DNA from: Isurus oxyrinchus
Taxonomy: Eukaryota
DNA: 64,000 bases
Reading direction: 5' to 3'
Assembly (NCBI GenBank): GCA_026770705.1
Contig: JANJGN010000011.1
Span: 111,414,001-111,478,000, forward strand
A program made the position numbers and the translations under genes. The notes under the pieces were generated by a model that was not told where the DNA came from, searched no databases, and saw only the letters and a program-made list of their open reading frames with translations. Each line of letters begins with the position of its first letter. The stretch's first letter is position 1. Of this stretch, positions 61,820 through 64,000 are shown piece by piece.

Positions 61820-62725
61820 TGATGGTTATTCTAGAAGTGCAGGCAGAGGTCCTGTTCTGGGGGTAGTGCAGGTGTGGGATTTTGAGGAGGTGGGCAGTGG
61901 TGTAAGATTGGGAAAACAATAATGGCAAAGATTTATACAGTCAGGGGAACAGACAGTTGATTCTGTGGCCATAGATGCAATTCCAGGATGGTACAAAGCC
62001 TCCCTGATTCCAGGGTAGAGGATGTTCCTGAGCAACTGTAGAACATCCTGAGGGAAGAGGATGAACTGCCAGAGGACATGATCCATATCAGTATCAAAGA
62101 TATAGGTAAAAAGAAGGATGAGGTTCTCCAGGTGGATTTTAGGGTGCTTGAAAAGAGATTAATAAGAAAGACTTCAAAGGTAGTAATCCTGGTGCCACAT
62201 GCTTGTGAATATAGTTGCAGAAGGATAGAGAAATGAATATGTGACTGCAGAGATGGTGCAGGAGGAAAGACCTCTGTGTCATTGGGACTGATTCTGGGGG
62301 AGGTGGGAATTGTACAGATCAAACGGATTGCATTTCAATGGAGCCAAGACAAATCTTCTCATGGCACAGTTTGCTAGTGCTAGAGGAGCAGGTTAAAACT
62401 AATTTGGAAGTGGATGGGATCCAGGACCTAGCATTAGAAAAGGGAAGCAAGATGCACAAAGGATTGGTAGAGACGGATAGCACTACAATAAGAAATATTA
62501 ACATATGAGTTGAGAACAGAATAAAAGGGAATGCAGTAAGGGAATTCAGGTTTATGGTACATGGATGGAAACACACAAATACACAGAAAGTAAAGTTGGT
62601 GAGCCATACTGGAATATGATATTCTGGAAATAACGGAGACCTAGCTCAAAAACTAGCAGAACTGAGTAAATAGTCCTGAATACAAGGTCTCAAGAATAAT
62701 ACAGAAAGAAAGAAGGAGAGCATTA
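61820..62725 (+). mobile_element. CR1 5' part: ORF1 SGNH-esterase-like region and start of ORF2
   Basis: VRGTDS*FCGH..SRMVQSLPDSRVEDV..IHISIKDIGKKKDEVL..KTSKVVI; then EYDILEITET. Confidence 0.85.
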
Positions 62726-62732
62726 TGGAAAG

Positions 62733-62764
62733 ATTCTGATGAAAGACCATTGACCTGAAACATT
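62733..62764 (+). other. Hammerhead-motif remnant of a Penelope pLTR
   Basis: tt CTGATGA aagacc att gacct GAAAC att, cut off by the following MITE. Confidence 0.5.
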
Positions 62765-63780
62765 GGGCCGGATTTTGGCATTGGGGCAGCTAGCTCGAGT
62801 CTAATTTTCCAACTCAGTACAGACTGCCCCAAAACACATGATTTGTGCTGGGTGGGGGGTGGGGGGGGTGCACGAAGAGGGGGGTGGGCAGGTGGTGGAT
62901 GTAGGATGGAATAGCCCCTGGGGTTTTTGCTTAGGCAACCACGGAGGAGGGGCAAGCGCCAAGGCCAGCTGTTTCGAAGGTCAGTTCTCTGGAACATTGT
63001 CTTGGTTGTTTTGAAATTTTTGGTCCCCGATACCTCACCACTCACACCCCCTCACCCACCCCTCATTCCCTCCATGCCACCTTCATAGCCACTTACCTTG
63101 TATCCGCCATGGGCAGATCTCAGCCATGTGGGGATGAAAAAAAAATACACTAACAATCTAATACAGCTTTCACTCATACATACTTGATAGTGAAAAAAAC
63201 TCATTCATAAAACCCATGCAAGTCTTTTAAATCACCTCAACAAACTTCTATTCAGACGCCACATTAAACACAGCTAATCCTTTAATAATCACTTTAAGCG
63301 GTCAATCAAACTGTGAACTCAGAACCCTTGCTGAGGTAAGTATAGTTTTTGAAACTAAGCCAATCATTCATAATGACCTAATGATAGCTCATAGAAAATG
63401 TCAACAAACAGCTCCATTGAAACTGCACAAGCAGATGCCATTCTTTTTTTAAACTTCTACTGTCAATCAAAAGAGTCCATCAGAGTTTCTGTTTATATTC
63501 TCACTGACAATTGCAACCTGTTTAAAGTTCGAAGAGTGGGACATTTTAAAACTTTGTATTGTGACAATTATACAGGTCTTCAACAGCTTTTATATCTACT
63601 GTGTCAATTTATGATGCCCAAATGGTGATTTAAGTCCTTGCAAATGCCAAAATGGAATCTGTTTCAACCAATTTTAAATAGGCCACCCCATTTGTGATTT
63701 CTGTCTGTATGAATCATGTCCCACCTCCTTTCACCTACCAGTGAAATGGTTTCAGCTGGAAATCTGGGTTGGACTTCCAA
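62765..63780. mobile_element. Non-autonomous Harbinger-type element (related to 40766-45979)
   Basis: Starts gggccggatttt; body similar to 40930-41188 and 45339-45700; interrupted by CR1. Confidence 0.65.
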
Positions 63781-64000
63781 ACCCTGTATAGTTTTAGCAA
63801 GACTTCCCTATTTTTATACTCCATTCTCTTTGAAATAAAGGCCAACATTCCATTTGCCTTCCCTATTACCTGCTGAACTTGTATGCTAGTTTTTTTGGGA
63901 TTCATACCCGAGGATTCCCAAATCCTTCTATGTTGCAGATTTCTGCAGTCTTTCTCCATTTAAATGATATTCAGCTCCTCTATTCTTCCTGCCAAAGTGC
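63781..64000 (-). mobile_element. CR1 ORF2 fragment (runs off the window end)
   Basis: QVQQVIGKANGMLAFISKRMEYKNREVLLKLYRV. Confidence 0.9.

Overview
Repeat-dominated eukaryotic DNA (intronic or intergenic). It is most likely from a cartilaginous fish, inferred from the mix of CR1 LINEs, Deu-domain SINEs, GIY-YIG Penelope-like elements and PIF/Harbinger transposons. I could not identify any host gene with confidence; there are only a few isolated exon-like candidates. Contents: (i) a dense set of PIF/Harbinger elements, including two with both TIRs and TAA TSDs (27113-30356, 41192-45335), several deletion derivatives and many MITEs, with a three-exon Myb/SANT accessory gene seen in five copies; (ii) two Ty3/Gypsy (Mag-like, tRNA-Ser PBS) elements and a solo LTR; (iii) Penelope-like elements carrying minimal hammerhead-ribozyme motifs, including a young copy with a 14-bp TSD; (iv) many CR1, CR1/L2-group and L2 LINE fragments and two SINE families, often nested. 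The most unusual item is a complete two-LTR retroelement (14557-17548) whose RT-RNaseH-integrase core is replaced, in frame, by a coiled-coil segment resembling the UACA/ankycorbin family plus a Lys-rich tract. All family assignments come from motif recognition by eye; no searches were run. Boundaries of old repeats are approximate.
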